The notes below the pieces were generated by a model. The model did no database searches, was not told where the DNA came from, and saw only the letters and a program-made list of their open reading frames with translations. This document shows, in pieces, positions 1 through 9,658 of a stretch of DNA of 64,000 nucleotides (the first letter of the stretch is position 1; each line of letters opens with the position of its first letter). The stretch is from an uncultured Actinomycetes bacterium (GTDB taxonomy: Bacteria; Actinomycetota; UBA4738; JBBDTT01). The stretch spans positions 512,001-576,000 of the forward strand of contig CAVUMN010000004.1 of the NCBI GenBank assembly GCA_963742735.1, read 5' to 3'. Both the position numbers and the translations under genes were made by a program.

Positions 1-573
1 GTAGACCTCGTTCAGGTACAGCTCGAGGATCTCGTCCTTCGAGTACTCCTTCTCCAGACGAAACGCCAGGCGGGCCTCCTCGAGCTTGCGGGCGAAGGTC
101 CGTTCGCCGCTGGTGAAGATCGTCTTGACGAGCTGCTGGGTGATCGTCGAGCCGCCCTCGGTGATCTCACCGGCCTTCAGGTTGGTGAAGGCCGCCCGCA
201 GGATGCCTTCCACGTCGAGGGCGCCGTGCTCGAAGAAGCCGTCGTCCTCGATGGCGATGACGGCCTCGCGCACGACCGGGGCGATCTCGTCGAGCCGGAC
301 GACCTTTCGGTTCTCGTCCAGGTACAGCGTGGCCAGCACCGTCCCGTCCCTCGCGAGGATCGTCGAGCGCTCGGGGAACCGGGGGAACAGCAGGTCGCCG
401 GGGGCGAGGTTCGTGAACTGGTCGGTGAACCGCACCGCGGCGTTGCCGGCCGCGCGGGCGGCCGGGGTCAGCGCCAGGGCCATGAGGCCGCCGGCCACCA
501 TGATCACGACGGCCATCAGGATGAAGCGCAGGCCTCTATCCGACAGACGGAGAGCGGCATCTCGGCCAAGCAC
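1..573 (-). CDS. Class A penicillin-binding protein, transglycosylase domain (runs off the left edge)
   Basis: Minus strand translated by hand: N-terminal TM helix, then EDDGFFEHGALD, GGSTITQQLVK, RKLEE and KDEILELYLNEVY GT51 motifs. Not in the ORF track. GTG start at 573 is inferred. Confidence 0.92.
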   Translation of the reverse strand, partial: MLGRDAALRLSDRGLRFILMAVVIMVAGGLMALALTPAARAAGNAAVRFTDQFTNLAPGDLLFPRFPERSTILARDGTVLATLYLDENRKVVRLDEIAPVVREAVIAIEDDGFFEHGALDVEGILRAAFTNLKAGEITEGGSTITQQLVKTIFTSGERTFARKLEEARLAFRLEKEYSKDEILELYLNEVY

Positions 574-695
574 GACCGGAGCGCGATGTGAAGGTTCTCG
601 AATCATCAAAGAATGGTTTCCCTGGGCGCCCCCAGGATACCTGGGGACGCCGACGTCGAACCGGTGGATGGGCCGCCGCAATACACTGCGCCGCG

Positions 696-1124
696 GTGAA
701 GCTCAGCGAGCGCGACCGCCGTACCCTGCGGGCCCTCGCGGCGACGCTCCTGCCGGAGGGAGGCCCGCTCCCCTCGGCGGAGGCGGTGGACGCGGCGGGC
801 GCCGTCGGCGCGGTCGTTGAACGCCTCCCCGCGGCGCAGACCACCCGGCTGGTCGGGCTGATCCGGACGTTCTCCGCGCTCCCCATGGGACGGGGCCGGC
901 GCCGATTCCGGAACCTGTCGCCCGCCGCCCGCGAGCGCGTCGTCGAGCGCCTCACCGCACATCGCGGCTATCGCGGCCAGATGTTCAATGCGTTGAAGCA
1001 GCTCATCGTCACCACCTGGGCCAGTGACGCGCGCGTCGGGGGTGCGATCGGCGACGACGGCCGGTGCCTGGCCGACAGCCCCGAGGGTCGGGCGCTCATC
1101 GCGCCCCTGCTGCCGGGCACCTAG
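696..1124 (+). CDS. Small helical partner of a GMC oxidoreductase (gluconate 2-dehydrogenase subunit 3-like)
   Basis: Part of ORF 588..1124. GTG at 696 follows TACACT (-10-like). RRTLRALAATLLP...RFRNLSPAARERVV pattern. Directly upstream of, and in frame with, the GMC gene. Confidence 0.65.
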   Translation: MKLSERDRRTLRALAATLLPEGGPLPSAEAVDAAGAVGAVVERLPAAQTTRLVGLIRTFSALPMGRGRRRFRNLSPAARERVVERLTAHRGYRGQMFNALKQLIVTTWASDARVGGAIGDDGRCLADSPEGRALIAPLLPGT

Positions 1125-2672
1125 ATGGAGGCCCGCGCCCACCGCACCGGCCGCCTGCTGAGCCCGGTCGCCCACCCCGACATCGGCGACGGCTTCGTCA
1201 GCAAGACCGACGTGGTCGTGGTGGGCAGCGGCGCCGGCGGTGCGGCCGCGGCCAAGGAGCTCGCGGAGAGGGGCCTGTCGGTCGCCGTCCTCGAGGAGGG
1301 CCCCTACGTCACCAGCGAGCAGTTCGACGCCCCGCCGTGGGAACGGTTCACGCGGCTCTGCCGCGACGGGGGGATGACCGTCGCGATCGGCAAGCCGCTC
1401 ATCCCGATGCCGCTGGGACGGGCGGTGGGCGGGACGACCCTGGTGAACTCCGGGACGTGCTTCCGCACGCCTCGCAAGATCCTGGACGAGTGGGGCTCCG
1501 CTCACGGCATCCCGGGACTGGACGCCGCGACGATGGACCCGATCTTCGACCGCGTGGAGGAGGTCATCTCCGTCCGTCCGGTGCCCTGGGAGCTGATCGG
1601 CGCGAACGGGCTGCTGGCCCACAAGGGGGCGCAGGCCCTCGGCCTCTCCGGCGGGCCCATCCTGCGCAACATCACCGATTGCCACGGTTGCGGCCAGTGT
1701 GCGTTCGGGTGTCCGTCCGACGCGAAGCAGGCGATGCACCTGTCCTACCTGCCGAGGGCCGAGGCGGCGGGGGCGCGGCTGTTCACCGGCGTGCGCGCCG
1801 AGCGCGTCCGGGCCCGCAACGGACGCGCGCCGGCCGTGGAGGCCACGGTCCTGGACGCGAACGACCGGCCGGCCGGCACGGCCCGGTTCGAGGGGGACGC
1901 CGTCGTGGTGGCGTGCGGGAGCGTCCTGACGCCCCTGATGCTCGGTCGCAGCGGGCTGGCTCGCGGCAACCGGTGGCTGGGCCGGAACCTGCGGATCCAC
2001 CCGGCCACCACGGTGGTGGGGCAGATGGACTCGGACGTGCAGTCCTGGCGTGGGACCCTCCAGTCCTACTACGTGGACGCGGGGTGGGAGTCGCACGACG
2101 TGATGCTCGAGTCCACGAACCCCCCGCCGGCGATCGGGGTGGGCGCGCTTCCCGGGTTCGGGCTCCCGCTGTTGGAGCGGGCCGCCGAGTATGGGCGGCT
2201 GGCGTTGCTGGGCCTGCTGGTCTCCGACACGTCGACGGGGCGGGTCCGCCGCGGCCCGGGCGGGACGCCGTTCGTCACGTACCGCATGAACGATCACGAC
2301 CTGCGCAACGTGCTGTGGGGGATGGCGCTGGCCGCGGAGATCCTCCTGGCCGCCGGTGCCCGCGAGGTGTGGACGGGGCTCCCGGCGGCGGAGACCGTGA
2401 CGTCGCCCGCGGACCTCGACGCGGTGCGAGAGGGCCCGCATCGCGCGGAGCATCTGAAGCTCTCGGCGTACCACCCGATGGGCACCGCTCGGCTGGGCGC
2501 CACACCGGCCGACTCGGTGTGCGACCCCTTCGGCCGCGTCCACGGCGCGCCCGGCGTGTGGGTGCTCGACGCGAGCGTGTTCCCCACCTGCCTGGGTGTG
2601 AACCCCCAGGTCTCGATCATGGCGTTTGCCACCCGCGGGGCCTGGGCGCTGTCCGAGGAGCTCGGCGGCTAG
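1125..2672 (+). CDS. GMC family FAD oxidoreductase
   Basis: DVVVVGSGAGG Rossmann motif, GRAVGGTTLVNSG, CHGCGQCAFGC, HPMGTAR, DASVFPTCLGVNPQ. Confidence 0.93.
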   Translation: MEARAHRTGRLLSPVAHPDIGDGFVSKTDVVVVGSGAGGAAAAKELAERGLSVAVLEEGPYVTSEQFDAPPWERFTRLCRDGGMTVAIGKPLIPMPLGRAVGGTTLVNSGTCFRTPRKILDEWGSAHGIPGLDAATMDPIFDRVEEVISVRPVPWELIGANGLLAHKGAQALGLSGGPILRNITDCHGCGQCAFGCPSDAKQAMHLSYLPRAEAAGARLFTGVRAERVRARNGRAPAVEATVLDANDRPAGTARFEGDAVVVACGSVLTPLMLGRSGLARGNRWLGRNLRIHPATTVVGQMDSDVQSWRGTLQSYYVDAGWESHDVMLESTNPPPAIGVGALPGFGLPLLERAAEYGRLALLGLLVSDTSTGRVRRGPGGTPFVTYRMNDHDLRNVLWGMALAAEILLAAGAREVWTGLPAAETVTSPADLDAVREGPHRAEHLKLSAYHPMGTARLGATPADSVCDPFGRVHGAPGVWVLDASVFPTCLGVNPQVSIMAFATRGAWALSEELGG

Positions 2673-3775
2673 TCCCCGAACAGCGCGTCTCCCAGCCGCC
2701 TGAGGCCGTCCAGGTCGTGGACGTCCCCGTCGAGCTCGGGGACGCGCACGAGCTGGGCGTCGTCGTGGCGGGCATGGAACCGGTCCAGGGCTTCGTCCTC
2801 GCGGTCCTCGACGTCCTGCCATGCCAGGCGGGTCCAGACGGCCGCCGCGGCCGCGCGTGCCTCGGCACCGCCCTCCTCCTGCAGCCGGCCGGCCGCCTCC
2901 GCCGCGGCTTTGGGTAGGCGCGAGTGTCCACCGTGCCACCGGTTGGCGACCACCGCGCCGAGGGGCATCCCCGACTCGGCCAGCCGGCGCGCGAAGAAGG
3001 CGGCCTCCTCCAGGGGCTGGTGTTCGGGCGAGGTCACCACCACGAACCGGGTGGACGGCTCACTCAGGAGCGCGTTCACGTGCGCCGCCCGTTGCTTGAA
3101 CCCGCCGTACATGCCCTCGAACGCGGCCAGGAACTCCGCCGTCTCGGCGAGCAGCTCCGCGCCGGTGACCTTTCGCAGCACCCGTCCGAACGCCTGCGCT
3201 CCCAGGTTCGTGATCTTGAACGCGCTCCGGCCGGCGACCGCGGTGGGCGCCAGCAGCAGTCGCAGGAAGCGGCTCCCCAGGAACTCGGTCATCCGTTTGG
3301 GCGCGTCCAGGAACGACAGCGCCGAGCGCGTGGGGGGCGTGTCGATGACGATCACGTCGTAGTCGCCCCCGACGGCGAGCTCGTAGAGCTTCTCCATGGC
3401 CATGTACTCGCCGGTCCCCGACAGGGTGTCGGCGATCCGCTGGTAGAAGCCGTTCGCCAGGATGCGGTCGCGCTGCTCGGAGTTCGAGGCCTGTTCGGCG
3501 ACCAGCTCGTCGAGCGTTCGCTTGGTGTCGAGCTGCATGGCTTCCAGCCGCACGCCCCTGCCGGCAGGGATCCGCACCGCGTCCCCGGGGATGTCGGGAA
3601 GGCCGAGGGCCCCGGCCAGGCGGCGCGCCGGGTCCACGGTCAGGACGATCGTCCGGCTCCCGCCCTCCGCGAGCCGTAGCGCGATCGCCGCCGAGGTCGT
3701 GGTCTTCCCGACGCCACCCGGCCCGCACACCACGACCACCCGGGCGCCGCGCAGCGCCCGTCGCAGCGGGCTCAC
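2669..3775 (-). CDS. ArsA/Get3-family ATPase
   Basis: CGPGGVGKTT, TVDPARRLA, DTPPTRSALSFL. GTG start overlaps the upstream TGA (GTGA). Confidence 0.92.
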   Translation of the reverse strand: MSPLRRALRGARVVVVCGPGGVGKTTTSAAIALRLAEGGSRTIVLTVDPARRLAGALGLPDIPGDAVRIPAGRGVRLEAMQLDTKRTLDELVAEQASNSEQRDRILANGFYQRIADTLSGTGEYMAMEKLYELAVGGDYDVIVIDTPPTRSALSFLDAPKRMTEFLGSRFLRLLLAPTAVAGRSAFKITNLGAQAFGRVLRKVTGAELLAETAEFLAAFEGMYGGFKQRAAHVNALLSEPSTRFVVVTSPEHQPLEEAAFFARRLAESGMPLGAVVANRWHGGHSRLPKAAAEAAGRLQEEGGAEARAAAAAVWTRLAWQDVEDREDEALDRFHARHDDAQLVRVPELDGDVHDLDGLRRLGDALFGD

Positions 3776-4725
3776 CGAACGCCCTCCACATGCGCGGACA
3801 GCTCGTCGAGCTGTTTCGCCCCGAAGTCGTGCGCGAACAGGTGGGGGACCTCGACCCGCTCGAGCGTCCCCAGCCGCCGAATCTGGGCCCGCTGCTCCGC
3901 CCCGGCCCGGCGGTGGCGCGCGGTGACCTCCAGGGCGGCGGCGGCGGCCGGCCGGCGAACGGCGGCCCCGGCCCCGGCGAGCAGCTCGCGAAGGCGCTCG
4001 GGGGTCAGACCGTCGAAGGGCTTCGCCGATCCCCTCGGCAGCGCCGGCGGCAGGACCCGGTTCACGACCACCGGGCCGAGGGGGACGCCGATATCCGCGA
4101 TCGCGGCGCGGGCCTCGAGGGTCTCGTCCACCGGGAGCTCCTCGGGGGTCGTGACCAGCACGACGCGCGTGCGCCTGCGGAGGAACGTCCCGATCGAGCG
4201 GGCCTGGCGACCGGGCCGGCCCACCCGGATCAGCTCGGCGAACGCCTCCGGCGCCTGGAGGAACGGAACGATCTGGCCGGTGGGCGGGGCGTCGGCCACC
4301 ACCACGTCGTACCGCGGCCGTCCCCTGGCTCGCGCAGACCCCCGCCGCCACTCCGCCGTCTCGTAGACCTTCCCGGCCAGCATCAGGTCCCGGAAGCCGG
4401 GGGCGACCTCGGTGACGACGTCGACCGCCCGCGTCCGCACCAGCGGCCCGGCCAGCTTCCCCATCCCGTAGAAGAGGCCGAGGTAGTCGAGGAGCGCCTC
4501 GCGTGGCCCGAGCGACGCGACGGAGAACCCGAACTTCGTCTCCCGCTCCTCCTTGGAGCGCGACAGGCCGAGGAGCCGGGCGGCGCCGGGGCGGCCCTCC
4601 AGCTCGAGCAGGAGGGTGGCTCGCCCCCTCCGGGCCGCCGCCATGGCCAGGGCCGCGGCGATCGTCGTCTTCCCCGTCCCGCCCTTGCCGGAGACCAGCA
4701 AGACGCGCGCCTCGTCGGTGGGCAT
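3772..4725 (-). CDS. ArsA/Get3-family ATPase (partner subunit)
   Basis: SGKGGTGKTT, DAPPTG, TTPEELPVDET. Tandem ArsA pair typical of actinobacteria. Confidence 0.9.
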   Translation of the reverse strand: MPTDEARVLLVSGKGGTGKTTIAAALAMAAARRGRATLLLELEGRPGAARLLGLSRSKEERETKFGFSVASLGPREALLDYLGLFYGMGKLAGPLVRTRAVDVVTEVAPGFRDLMLAGKVYETAEWRRGSARARGRPRYDVVVADAPPTGQIVPFLQAPEAFAELIRVGRPGRQARSIGTFLRRRTRVVLVTTPEELPVDETLEARAAIADIGVPLGPVVVNRVLPPALPRGSAKPFDGLTPERLRELLAGAGAAVRRPAAAAALEVTARHRRAGAEQRAQIRRLGTLERVEVPHLFAHDFGAKQLDELSAHVEGVR

Positions 4726-4769
4726 CCGCGAAGCCTACGGCGGCCCCTGTCTGGGAGAATCCGCGCCCC

Positions 4770-6059
4770 ATGCGACGACTCCTGCTCGCGGTCCTGGTGG
4801 CGTCCGCGCTCTGGCCGCTGGCCCCGGCGGGCGCCCAGAGCGTCGAGCCCACGCACGTGGCGGACGTCGTGAAGATCCAGGGGGTCATCGACTCGCGCGT
4901 GGCGCGGCTGATCGAGCGGCGGATGGAGGACACCCCGGACGGCGGCGTGGTGATCCTGCAGATGGACTCGCCCGGGACGATCGGGGTGGACGTTCTTGGG
5001 CTGGCGGATCGCATCTTCACCTCGCCGGTCCCGGTGGTGGTCTGGGTGGGGCCGCCCGGTGCCCTTGCCCAGGGCTCGGCCGTGCTGCTCCTCGAGGCGG
5101 CCCACGTGGCGGCCACCTCGCCGGGCTCCGGCGTCGGGCCGGGATCGCCGGCCGACCTGGTTCGCCCCGACCGAGGCCAGGCCATGGCCGCGGCGTTCGG
5201 GTTCGCGAGCCGACGTGGCCGGGAGGAGGACTCCGTCTTGGACTTGTGGGAACGGAGCGCGCCCGTGCCACCGCAGGATTCGCTGGACCTCGGCCTGGTC
5301 GACCTGGCGGCGCAGAGCCTGCTGGATCTCTTGAGCCAGCTCGACGGGATGGAGGTCGAGACGTCGGCGGGCACACAGACCCTGGTGACCGAGGGCGATC
5401 CCGAGGAGTTCGGCCTGCGGTTCAGCGAGCTGGGCCCGATCGACCGGACGCTCCACGCCGTGGTGGCGCCCACCGCCTCGTACGTGCTGCTCGTCCTCGG
5501 GTTGTGGGCGATCGCCTTCGAGATTGTCCAGCCCGGGGTGGGCCTGGCCGCGGTGGTCGGGGTGATCTTCGTCGCGCTCGCGGGCTACTCGCTGACGATC
5601 CTGAACCCGAGCTGGGCGGGGGCGGCGTTGATCGGCGCCGGCGTCGCGCTGCTGACCCTCGACGTGAAGCTGCGGAAGCTTGCCCTGCCGACGGTGCTGG
5701 GCGCGGTGGCGTTCGGCGCCGGTTCGCTCCTGATCTACGGCCGAGCCGACGAGCGGATCGGGCTGTCGGCGTGGGTGATCTGGCCGTTCGTGATCGCCAC
5801 CGTGCTGTACTTCGGGTTCGTGTTGACCGTCGCCGTCCGTTCGCGCGAGCGGGCCATCGCCGCGACGGGGAGCGGCCTGGTCGGCCTGGTAGGCGAGAGC
5901 GCCAGCGACCTCGCACCGGAGGGCCAGGTTGTGGTGAAGGGCGCCATGTGGCAGGCGCGTTCGCTGGCCGGCCCGATCCCCGGCGGCAAGACCGTGCGCG
6001 TCCGCAACGTCGACGGCCTGGTCCTCGAGGTCACGGCGGAGCCCGCACCGCAGCCCTGA
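4770..6059 (+). CDS. NfeD family protein (ClpP-like N-domain, membrane domain, C-terminal OB fold)
   Basis: Signal peptide, QMDSPG, PVVVWVGPPG, TM block, DLAPEGQVVVKGAMWQARS...VRNVDGLVLEV. Confidence 0.85.
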   Translation: MRRLLLAVLVASALWPLAPAGAQSVEPTHVADVVKIQGVIDSRVARLIERRMEDTPDGGVVILQMDSPGTIGVDVLGLADRIFTSPVPVVVWVGPPGALAQGSAVLLLEAAHVAATSPGSGVGPGSPADLVRPDRGQAMAAAFGFASRRGREEDSVLDLWERSAPVPPQDSLDLGLVDLAAQSLLDLLSQLDGMEVETSAGTQTLVTEGDPEEFGLRFSELGPIDRTLHAVVAPTASYVLLVLGLWAIAFEIVQPGVGLAAVVGVIFVALAGYSLTILNPSWAGAALIGAGVALLTLDVKLRKLALPTVLGAVAFGAGSLLIYGRADERIGLSAWVIWPFVIATVLYFGFVLTVAVRSRERAIAATGSGLVGLVGESASDLAPEGQVVVKGAMWQARSLAGPIPGGKTVRVRNVDGLVLEVTAEPAPQP

Positions 6060-6064
6060 GCCCG

Positions 6065-6090
6065 GGAACGCTGGGGGCCGGGAGATCGTC
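6065..6090 (+). promoter_or_regulatory. Putative ECF sigma promoter GGAAC-N17-CGTC
   Basis: GGAAC(6065-69)-17 nt-CGTC upstream of the DUF2330 gene. Same motif at 7675 and 45761(-). Confidence 0.55.
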
Positions 6091-6136
6091 CTACTCCCTG
6101 ACGGACGAGAGGCGTCCGGGAATCGAGGACCGGGTC

Positions 6137-7171
6137 ATGCTCCGCAAGCTCACGCTCATGACGCTCACCGCGCTCTTCCTGCTCGTCGCCGCGCCGGCCT
6201 GGGCGTGCGGAGGACTCGTCGCCCCCAACGGCACGATCGCCCTGGTCCGGACCACCACGCTCGCCGCCTACCACGACGGCATCGAGCACTACGTCACCTC
6301 GTTCCAGTTCGCGGGCGGCGGCGCCGAGTTCGGCTCGATCGTCCCGCTGCCCGGCGTCCCGACCAAGGTCGAGCGCGGCGGCGACTGGACCCTCCAGCGC
6401 CTGGTCCGGGAGGTCGCCCCGCCCGCCGAAAACACGGCGCTCCTCTTCAGCGCGGGCGCGCCCGCCGCGAGGGACGGCGTCGAGATCCTCCTGGAGACCA
6501 CCATCGACGCCCTGGACATCACCGTCCTCAAGGGCGGCGGGTTCGCGGTCGGCGAGTGGGCCGAGGACAACGGCTTCAGCCTCACGCCGGACGCGCCGGA
6601 GGTCCTCGACTTCTACGCGCGCCGGAGCCCGATCTTCATGGCCGCCCGGTTCGACGCGGCCGCCGCGCGCGAGCGCGGACAGAGCCTCGGCGACGGCACC
6701 CCCATCCACCTGACCATCCCGACCCCGAACCCGTGGGTCCCGCTGCGGATCCTGGGCCTCGGCCGCCAGGCCGAGGAGCTGATCCAGGCCGACGTGTTCC
6801 TGCTCACCGACCGCGAGCCGGCGATGCTTCCGAAGCCGGGCGCCACGTTCGAGCTGGAGCGCAGCGAGGAGGCGAGCGACCTGCTGATGGCCGACCTCCG
6901 CAGCGACAAGGGCATGGAGTGGCTGCCGGAGCGCGGGATGTGGTTCTCGTACCTGAGGTTCGACACCGAAGCCGGGAAGCTCACGCACGACCTGGCCCTG
7001 GACGTGACGGGTGTCGGCCAGCCCAACCCCGTCGCGGCGGGACTGCCCGTCTCGGCGCGCGTCGAGCCGCTCCCCGGGCTCGGCTGGTTCCTGGTCGGCG
7101 GCGGCCTGCTGGCCGTGGCGTTCGCCCTGACCATGCTGTCGACGCGGCGGTTGACCCCCGCCCGTCCCTGA
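6137..7171 (+). CDS. DUF2330-like secreted/anchored protein
   Basis: Signal peptide ending AWA-CGG, FGSIVPLPGVP motif, C-terminal TM helix. Confidence 0.7.
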   Translation: MLRKLTLMTLTALFLLVAAPAWACGGLVAPNGTIALVRTTTLAAYHDGIEHYVTSFQFAGGGAEFGSIVPLPGVPTKVERGGDWTLQRLVREVAPPAENTALLFSAGAPAARDGVEILLETTIDALDITVLKGGGFAVGEWAEDNGFSLTPDAPEVLDFYARRSPIFMAARFDAAAARERGQSLGDGTPIHLTIPTPNPWVPLRILGLGRQAEELIQADVFLLTDREPAMLPKPGATFELERSEEASDLLMADLRSDKGMEWLPERGMWFSYLRFDTEAGKLTHDLALDVTGVGQPNPVAAGLPVSARVEPLPGLGWFLVGGGLLAVAFALTMLSTRRLTPARP

Positions 7172-7172
7172 C

Positions 7173-7568
7173 GTGCGCCGGGCGACCGCGCTCGCGATGC
7201 TCCTGCTCCTCGCGGCCGTCGGCATCGGCGGCTGCGAGGGCGGGCCGCGCGAGGTCCGCCTGGAGATCCGGCACTCGCGGTTCTCGACCGGGACGATCGA
7301 GGTGGAGGCCGGCTCGACCGTTCGCTTCGTGATCGCGAACACCGACCCGATCGCCCACGAGTTCATCCTCGGCGACCAGGCCGTCCAGGACCGTCACGAG
7401 AACGGGACCGAGCCGAAGCACGGAGCCCGGCCGGGCGAGGTGTCGGTCCCCCCGGGCGAGACCCACGCCACCACCTACACCTTCGAGGGCCCGGGGACGC
7501 TGATCTTCGCCTGCCACCTTCCCGGTCACTTCGCGTACGGGATGCGCGGCGAGGTGAGCGTCCGATGA
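7173..7568 (+). CDS. Cupredoxin/plastocyanin-azurin family lipoprotein
   Basis: Lipobox IGGC. NTDPIAHEF and CHLPGHFAYGM type-1 copper ligands. Confidence 0.88.
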   Translation: MRRATALAMLLLLAAVGIGGCEGGPREVRLEIRHSRFSTGTIEVEAGSTVRFVIANTDPIAHEFILGDQAVQDRHENGTEPKHGARPGEVSVPPGETHATTYTFEGPGTLIFACHLPGHFAYGMRGEVSVR

Positions 7569-7674
7569 GGGCGATGAGGGGGTTCGGGGGGGGAGCACGC
7601 CCAAGGGTGGGCCCGAGTCCGTTCCAGACGGCGTGCGGACCCCCGAGGCTGAATGTGAAAGGTCCGTGAAGGAC

Positions 7675-7702
7675 GGAACGTCCGGAAACCATCGGGCGTC
7701 TA
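7675..7702 (+). promoter_or_regulatory. Putative ECF sigma promoter GGAAC-N17-CGTCTA upstream of the whiB-family gene
   Basis: GGAAC(7675-79), 17-nt spacer, CGTCTA(7697-7702). Confidence 0.55.
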
Positions 7703-7732
7703 CTGCCGAAGAACTGTGATGAGGGAACGCTG

Positions 7733-8014
7733 ATGGCGACGAGCACCTGGTGGATCGGCTGGCAGCACCGCGCCGCGTGCCGCGGCGAGGTCGCCGGCCT
7801 GTTCTTCCCCGACAGCTCGCTGGAGACGCGCGAGGAGCGCCGGGACCGCGAGGCCGCCGCGAAGGCGATCTGCGCGACCTGCGAGGTGCGCACCGAGTGC
7901 CTGGAGTACGCCCTCCGCGCCCGCGAGACCCACGGCGTCTGGGGCGGCCTGAACGAGTACGAGCGCCGCGCGGTCGCCCGCGAGCGAGACCAGCAGGACC
8001 GTCGCGCCGGCTGA
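7733..8014 (+). CDS. WhiB-family Fe-S transcriptional regulator
   Basis: WQHRAAC...AKAICATCEVRTECLEYAL...HGVWGGLNEYER. Confidence 0.95.
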   Translation: MATSTWWIGWQHRAACRGEVAGLFFPDSSLETREERRDREAAAKAICATCEVRTECLEYALRARETHGVWGGLNEYERRAVARERDQQDRRAG

Positions 8015-8066
8015 GCCGCACGCCCGGACCTTCCTCCGGGGCGTGTGCATGGCATGATCGGCCGCG

Positions 8067-8525
8067 ATGGGCGCCGAGGACCGTCTGGCCGAGCTGGGCA
8101 TCGAGCTTCCCCCCGCCAACCCACCCCTGGCCTCCTACGTGCCGGTCGTCGTGACCGGCACTCTCGCGTTCGTCTCCGGGCAGGTGGCGATGGATGCCGG
8201 CGCCCCGATGTGGACCGGACACGTGGGGGCCGACGTGTCCCTCGAGGACGCCCAGGCCGCCGCCCGCCGGTGCGCCATCCAGGCTCTCGCGGCCCTCAAG
8301 GCCGAGCTCGGCTCGCTCGACCGGATCCGGCGGATCGTGAAGCTGACCGTGTGGGTGGCCTCCGCCCCGGGCTTCACCGATCAGCCGAAGGTGGCCAACG
8401 GCGCCAGCGACTTCCTGCAGGAGGTGCTCGGCGAGGCCGGCCGGCACGCCCGGGCCGCGGTCGCCGCGCCGGAGCTGCCGCTGGGGGTGCCCGTCGAGGT
8501 CGAGCTCATCGCCGAGGTCGGCTGA
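8067..8525 (+). CDS. RidA/YjgF family protein
   Basis: YVPVV, FVSGQ, FTDQPKVANGAS, GRHARAAV, LPLGVPVEVE. Confidence 0.93.
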   Translation: MGAEDRLAELGIELPPANPPLASYVPVVVTGTLAFVSGQVAMDAGAPMWTGHVGADVSLEDAQAAARRCAIQALAALKAELGSLDRIRRIVKLTVWVASAPGFTDQPKVANGASDFLQEVLGEAGRHARAAVAAPELPLGVPVEVELIAEVG

Positions 8526-8614
8526 GCGTCAAGCCCGCAGGCGCCCCCCGCTCGTATGCACAGGCTGAGGCCGGGCGCCGGAACCGTCCGGCGCTTCACG
8601 TTGTAGGGAGGGCC

Positions 8615-9658
8615 ATGCGAGGAGCGGCACGGCGCGGTGTCGCGGCGATGGGAGCCGCGCTCCTCGCCCTGTCCGGATGCGCCGAGTCCGGCGGCCCGGG
8701 CCCGACGCCGGGCCCCGCCGTCGACAGGAGCCTGGTCGGCGAGGTCCTCACGAACGACGACCCGGGCGGCCTGCTCTACCAGCCGCTGCCCGAGGGCGAG
8801 CCCCGGTCCATGCGCCTCCCCGAGGACGTGGCGTTCACGCCGTGGGCGGTCCCCGCCGGCGACGGCGCGGTCGCCCTGGTGTTCAGCGAGGCGGGGAGTC
8901 GGCTGTACCGGGTTGGGCCCGGTCAGGAGCCGCGGCGGATCCTCCGCGATGTGGGAGACCCCACCGGCCTCGCCGCCGCCCCGGGCGGCCTCGTGGTGGG
9001 GGACTGCCGGCACCAGGTGCTGGTCCTGGCGGACCTGGACGGAGGGGGCCGCCGGAACGTGGGCGGAGGATGCATCGGCGCCGTCTCGCCCGACGGGACC
9101 CAGGTCGTCTACGCCACCCGGGAGGCCGTGTGGCGGGCGCCGGTCTCGGGGTCCGACGCGCCCGTCCGGCTGTTCGCCCTGTCCGACGTTCCGGGCCTGG
9201 ACGACGCGCTGACCGAACCGCGTCCCAGCGTCTTCGAGATGGCCTGGGGCGAGCCGGGCCTGGCCCTCGCCGTGGGCAACGAGGAATCGGCCGCCGTCGT
9301 GGTGGCGAGGCCGAACGGGGTGCTCAGCGCCATCCCGACCCTGGGTTCCAACACCTTCGTGACCTTCCTGCGATGGCAGCCGGGCGGTCGGCTGCTCGGC
9401 CTCGCGACGGGCCAGACCGGCAGCGAGGGCTTCTTGCGGCTCTACGACCCGGACGAGAAGCGGCTGCGCACGATCGGCCTGCACTCCCGAGGGTTCGTGT
9501 CCGCCGTCTGGGCGCCGGATGGCGCCTCGGTCCTCGCGGCCACGGGCGCCGGCTTCTTCGGGTCCGGCGCCGGACACTGGATCCACGTCGACCTGGAGGG
9601 CCGCCGGCTCGGCCGGGTCCTCGCGAACGGAGCGCTGCTCTATGGCTGGCTTCCGTAG
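8615..9658 (+). CDS. Putative lipoprotein, TolB/WD40-like beta-propeller
   Basis: Lipobox LSGC. SPDGTQVVY, WQPGG and WAPDG repeats. RBS GGAGG before ATG 8615. Confidence 0.65.
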   Translation: MRGAARRGVAAMGAALLALSGCAESGGPGPTPGPAVDRSLVGEVLTNDDPGGLLYQPLPEGEPRSMRLPEDVAFTPWAVPAGDGAVALVFSEAGSRLYRVGPGQEPRRILRDVGDPTGLAAAPGGLVVGDCRHQVLVLADLDGGGRRNVGGGCIGAVSPDGTQVVYATREAVWRAPVSGSDAPVRLFALSDVPGLDDALTEPRPSVFEMAWGEPGLALAVGNEESAAVVVARPNGVLSAIPTLGSNTFVTFLRWQPGGRLLGLATGQTGSEGFLRLYDPDEKRLRTIGLHSRGFVSAVWAPDGASVLAATGAGFFGSGAGHWIHVDLEGRRLGRVLANGALLYGWLP

